NCBI GenBank assembly: GCA_001002765.1
Contig: LCMS01000002.1
Location: 1,454-65,453, forward strand
Origin: Candidatus Uhrbacteria bacterium GW2011_GWE2_46_68
GTDB taxonomy: Bacteria; Patescibacteriota; Patescibacteriia; UBA9934; GWF2-40-263
Length of the DNA: 64,000 nucleotides
Direction: 5' to 3'
The first letter of the stretch is position 1, and every line of letters starts with the position of its first letter. A program made the translations under genes and the position numbers. This document shows, piece after piece, positions 59,596-64,000 of the stretch. Below the pieces are notes generated by a model, which saw nothing but the letters and a program-made list of their open reading frames with translations, searched no databases and was not told where the DNA came from.

Positions 59596-59776
59596 TTATC
59601 CATCCGGATAAAATTTTTGCGGAAAATTTTGAATGATAAACAGTTTCATCTTTTTCTTCTTTCGTGTGGCACGACAGAACCCCTTACTCTATTTTGAATG
59701 ATGGGGGGTGTGGCGCTGTCAGGTTGAAGTCTTGACGAAGACTGGCTTACCCCCGAAGCTCCAAAGGAGCGAAGGG

Positions 59777-59853
59777 TGGTGGGCGTGGGAGGACTCGAAC
59801 CTCCGACCTTCACATTATCAGTGTGACGCTCTAACCACCTGAGCTACACGCCC
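59777..59853 (-). tRNA. tRNA-Ile (anticodon GAT)
   Basis: Hand-folded: anticodon loop CTGATAA, T-loop TTCGAGT, CCA encoded. Confidence 0.8.
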
Positions 59854-59940
59854 GTATTTTTTTGGAATGATTCATCCGAAAACGTGGCGATACTATAACA
59901 AAAGAGGGGAGGAATGACAAGATGTTTTAGGGGCCTTTTT

Positions 59941-60333
59941 TTAGCCAAACCAATTATGATGAGGGAGCAAAACTTCTAATTTTACGATTTCACTTGTCTT
60001 TAAAATAATAGCAGTCTGAAGGTTGTCTTGGTGTACTTGTCTTATGAGTTCACGACAAGAACCACAAGGCGGTAATATTTGATTTTCTCCTTTCTCATTT
60101 TTCCAAACTGCAACAATCGTTTTGATTTTGAATTCTCCTTCCGTAATCATGGCAGCAATTGCAGCTTTTTCAGCACAAAATCCCATTCCAGAACAGAGAT
60201 CCGCACAAACACCTACGAAGATGTGATTCTTGTCTGTAACTAAAGCGCATCCCACATCCCCAATTAAATAATTTTGAATTTTCACCGGTCGAATAAGAGA
60301 AGCTGCTTTTTGGATGAGTTTTTTGTTTGTCAT
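59941..60333 (-). CDS. cdd: Cytidine deaminase
   Basis: Zinc ligands CAEKAAI and PCGSCRELI. Confidence 0.85.
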   Translation of the reverse strand: MTNKKLIQKAASLIRPVKIQNYLIGDVGCALVTDKNHIFVGVCADLCSGMGFCAEKAAIAAMITEGEFKIKTIVAVWKNEKGENQILPPCGSCRELIRQVHQDNLQTAIILKTSEIVKLEVLLPHHNWFG

Positions 60334-60497
60334 AAGTAAAAATAGTATAACAGATAAAATAAAAACATCCCTGCAGTGGGATGTTTTGTCATCTTCTTTG
60401 TGATTGCAACGAATGCTCTGCGCATTGCGCAGAAATCAACTTGAAATGTTGATCTCGACCTAGGATCAATACGTGTTCACGTACTGACTAGATTTCC

Positions 60498-61939
<1,442 letters not shown>

Positions 61940-62140
61940 CAATAAAAACCTTGTTAAAAAACAAGGCTCTGCTCATTTGTTTTTTTGTTCGTTGCAATCA
62001 CAGAAAAGACAACATCTTTTTGTGATCGACAGGGAATGTTCTATTGGAAAGATCATACACTTTTCACAATTGAAAACTCATTCGGGATGAAGCCTACGAA
62101 TGAGTTTTTGAAATAAACGAGATTGTGAACAGGTGGCGTA

Positions 62141-62169
62141 ATAGTAGCGAAAGCCTGTTTGAGTGTCAA
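62141..62169 (-). promoter_or_regulatory. rRNA promoter (TTGACA-N17-TACTAT on the - strand) about 200 nt upstream of 16S
   Basis: Hexamers are identical to those of the 23S promoter. Confidence 0.55.
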
Positions 62170-62231
62170 GGGAACGGAAAAGGCGGTTGGGGATGAACAG
62201 GGGATAGAAAAACCCTTATTTTAAAAGGGCT

Positions 62232-62660
62232 TTATGGTGATAGAGGGAGGGAGATGTTTCTTGTCTGTGCATTGATCATTTCAAAGATAATAGAAATCGA
62301 TACATTTTTGTTTAAAAGATGATGGGGAGGCCATTCGATCACAATAATAACGTCAGATCTATGGAGCCATTCTTCCAGTTCCAATCCTTGTAAATCACAC
62401 AAAGGTCCCAGGCGATAACAATCGAGATGAACAAGAAAATGGATGGTTGGGTGACTGGTGTGGTAGATATTCATGAGGGTGAAGCTTGGGCTTCGCACAT
62501 AAGCCTTCACACCCAACGCTTCCCCGAGTCCTTGAACAAAGGTTGTTTTGCCAGACCCAAGATCTCCCTCGAGCGCGAGTATTTCTCCACCTTGAAGTGA
62601 GGATGCGAGTTGAACAGCAAGTTGTTTTGTTTCCTCTGGTGTATGAGTGGAAAATGTCAT
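62232..62660 (-). CDS. tsaE: tRNA threonylcarbamoyladenosine biosynthesis protein TsaE
   Basis: P-loop GDLGSGKTTF and YHLDCYRL-like motif. Confidence 0.85.
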   Translation of the reverse strand: MTFSTHTPEETKQLAVQLASSLQGGEILALEGDLGSGKTTFVQGLGEALGVKAYVRSPSFTLMNIYHTSHPTIHFLVHLDCYRLGPLCDLQGLELEEWLHRSDVIIVIEWPPHHLLNKNVSISIIFEMINAQTRNISLPLSP

Positions 62661-63667
62661 AGAGATGAAAGAGGGAGATTGGGATCGGCCGCTAAAGTCA
62701 AAGGATCAGCAAAGTCATTTTTTTGCAAATGGAAAAACGCCGCCACCCCAATCATGGCTGCATTATCTGTCGTATAGGTAATGGGGGGGGTGTGATAATG
62801 AACGTGAGGAAAACGGTCGGATAATATTTTTTTAAGCGTTTCCCGCAGAGAGATGTTTGCAGAAACTCCTCCGGACAAAAGAACAGAAGCAGGTTGATAT
62901 TTTTCCACAGCCTTGAGGGTTTTTGAAACCAATATGTCTACGACCGCATCCTGAAAAGAAGCACAAATATCTTCAGGACGATCATCTGGGTGATCCTTCA
63001 CGTGATAAGCAACAGCCGTTTTTAATCCTGAAAAACTAAAATCAAAGCTGATAGCGTTTTTCATGGGACGAGGAAAGTCAATCGCATCTTTTTTTCCTTC
63101 TAGCGCTTTTTTAGAGATGAGAGGTCCTCCTGGATACCCAAGCCCTAAAAGTTTTGCCACTTTATCAAACGCTTCACCTGCAGCATCATCTCGTGTACGG
63201 CCAAGATATTCATAATTCCCATGATCTTTCATGAAGATGAGCTCCGTATGTCCACCAGAAACAAGGAGAGCGACACAGGGAAAAAGAGGAGGTTTTTCCG
63301 CAAGCCAACAACTGTATAGATGTCCTTCTAGATGATTGATGGCGATAAGCGATTTTTGCCAAGCAACTGCAAGAGTAGTGGCGCAAGCCACTCCCACACG
63401 CAGCGACGGGACAAGTCCGGGGCCGGCAGTGACCGCTATTGCATCAACAGTAGAACCGTCTTGCGGAATTTCCAGAGCATAGAGAAGCGGAGCGATTTGT
63501 TCCGCGTGCATACGAGCAGCGATCTCGGGTACGACTCCTCCATAAAGCGCGTGGGTGTCTATTTGAGAAGATACGAGATTTTTTTCCACGATAAACATGT
63601 CGTCTTTACAGGAGACAATAGCTAAAGAAGTATCATCACAACTTGTTTCAATCGCAAGAATGCGCAT
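62657..63667 (-). CDS. tsaD: tRNA N6-adenosine threonylcarbamoyltransferase TsaD
   Basis: ILAIETSCDDTS, the HMEGH-like metal site (NHLEGHLY) and GGVSAN. Confidence 0.9.
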   Translation of the reverse strand: MRILAIETSCDDTSLAIVSCKDDMFIVEKNLVSSQIDTHALYGGVVPEIAARMHAEQIAPLLYALEIPQDGSTVDAIAVTAGPGLVPSLRVGVACATTLAVAWQKSLIAINHLEGHLYSCWLAEKPPLFPCVALLVSGGHTELIFMKDHGNYEYLGRTRDDAAGEAFDKVAKLLGLGYPGGPLISKKALEGKKDAIDFPRPMKNAISFDFSFSGLKTAVAYHVKDHPDDRPEDICASFQDAVVDILVSKTLKAVEKYQPASVLLSGGVSANISLRETLKKILSDRFPHVHYHTPPITYTTDNAAMIGVAAFFHLQKNDFADPLTLAADPNLPLSSL

Positions 63668-63708
63668 AAGAAAAGAAAAAAGGTGGCAGTTGCCACCATT
63701 GTAGCAGG

Positions 63709-64000
63709 TCAAGCCACCCGTTCCAGTTGTAGACGGCTGTCCCGTACCACACGCACATTCGTCTTTTTAATAAGGAGTGCGTTGACACGCAACGACTCGA
63801 GAGCTAACCGTCGGATAGCCTGTTCATATTCATGGCGAGGGATTTCGTTTGCTATCGCGCGCTCGAGGAGAATGTCATATTCTTTTTGCAAACCGTGCGC
63901 TTCACGATAGAGCGGATGCAGGAAGGAGAAATGGCGATCTTGAAAGATGGACGAGATGACGGAAGCGGCACGGTCATCTTCAAGTCTTCCATAGCGTAGC
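63709..64000 (-). CDS. Partial CDS (C-terminal part; continues beyond the window end), unknown function
   Basis: ORF open to the window edge. Confidence 0.3.
   Translation of the reverse strand, partial: LRYGRLEDDRAASVISSIFQDRHFSFLHPLYREAHGLQKEYDILLERAIANEIPRHEYEQAIRRLALESLRVNALLIKKTNVRVVRDSRLQLERVA

Overview
The window looks like part of a small, streamlined bacterial genome, probably Candidate Phyla Radiation / Patescibacteria-like. The rRNA genes are unlinked: a 23S-5S pair on the + strand and a separate 16S on the - strand, each behind an identical TTGACA-N17-TACTAT promoter. There are seven tRNA genes and many short hypothetical or membrane proteins. The two transketolase subunits are encoded separately, with a DUF4349 gene between them. 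Recognisable housekeeping genes include ruvB, tdk, sodA, rlmH, glmS, rpe, rpiB, the two transketolase halves, ileS (eukaryote-like long form), cdd, tsaE and tsaD. An envelope polysaccharide module is present (Wzx-like flippase, Wzy/O-antigen-ligase-like protein, SpoIID/LytB protein, L,D-transpeptidase).

The most unusual content, in rough order of interest:
- A tight three-gene + strand operon: a YerC/TrpR-like regulator, a LOG/SLOG (TIGR00725-like) Rossmann protein and a PRTase-like protein, closed by a terminator.
- A 3-copy structured repeat (outer stem, TTCG, inner hairpin, TTCG, outer stem) with compensatory substitutions. One copy lies in a 5' UTR and two lie immediately 3' of tRNA-Leu genes.
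- A 3-copy perfect GC palindrome (TAGGGGCGAACGGCCGTTCGCCCCTA). Two copies bracket an orphan gene for a stand-alone RNA polymerase alpha-CTD-like protein.
- A duplicated tRNA-Gly 3' end plus terminator flanking a 150-nt segment with three hairpins.
- A tRNA-Leu(TAG)-adjacent region containing an AT-rich orphan gene, a 27-bp-armed inverted-repeat element and an M16 peptidase with an unknown partner.
- A large surface protein of about 1100 aa with several Lamin-Tail-Domain repeats, including near-identical internal DNA repeats.
- A TspO/MBR domain fused to a Cys-rich extracellular domain.
- A 30-aa lysine-rich micro-protein with a perfect Shine-Dalgarno sequence.
- A GC-rich, hairpin-rich 300-bp intergenic region that may be an ncRNA.

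No CRISPR array was seen. All calls rest on reading the sequence and ORF translations by eye; no database searches were run.
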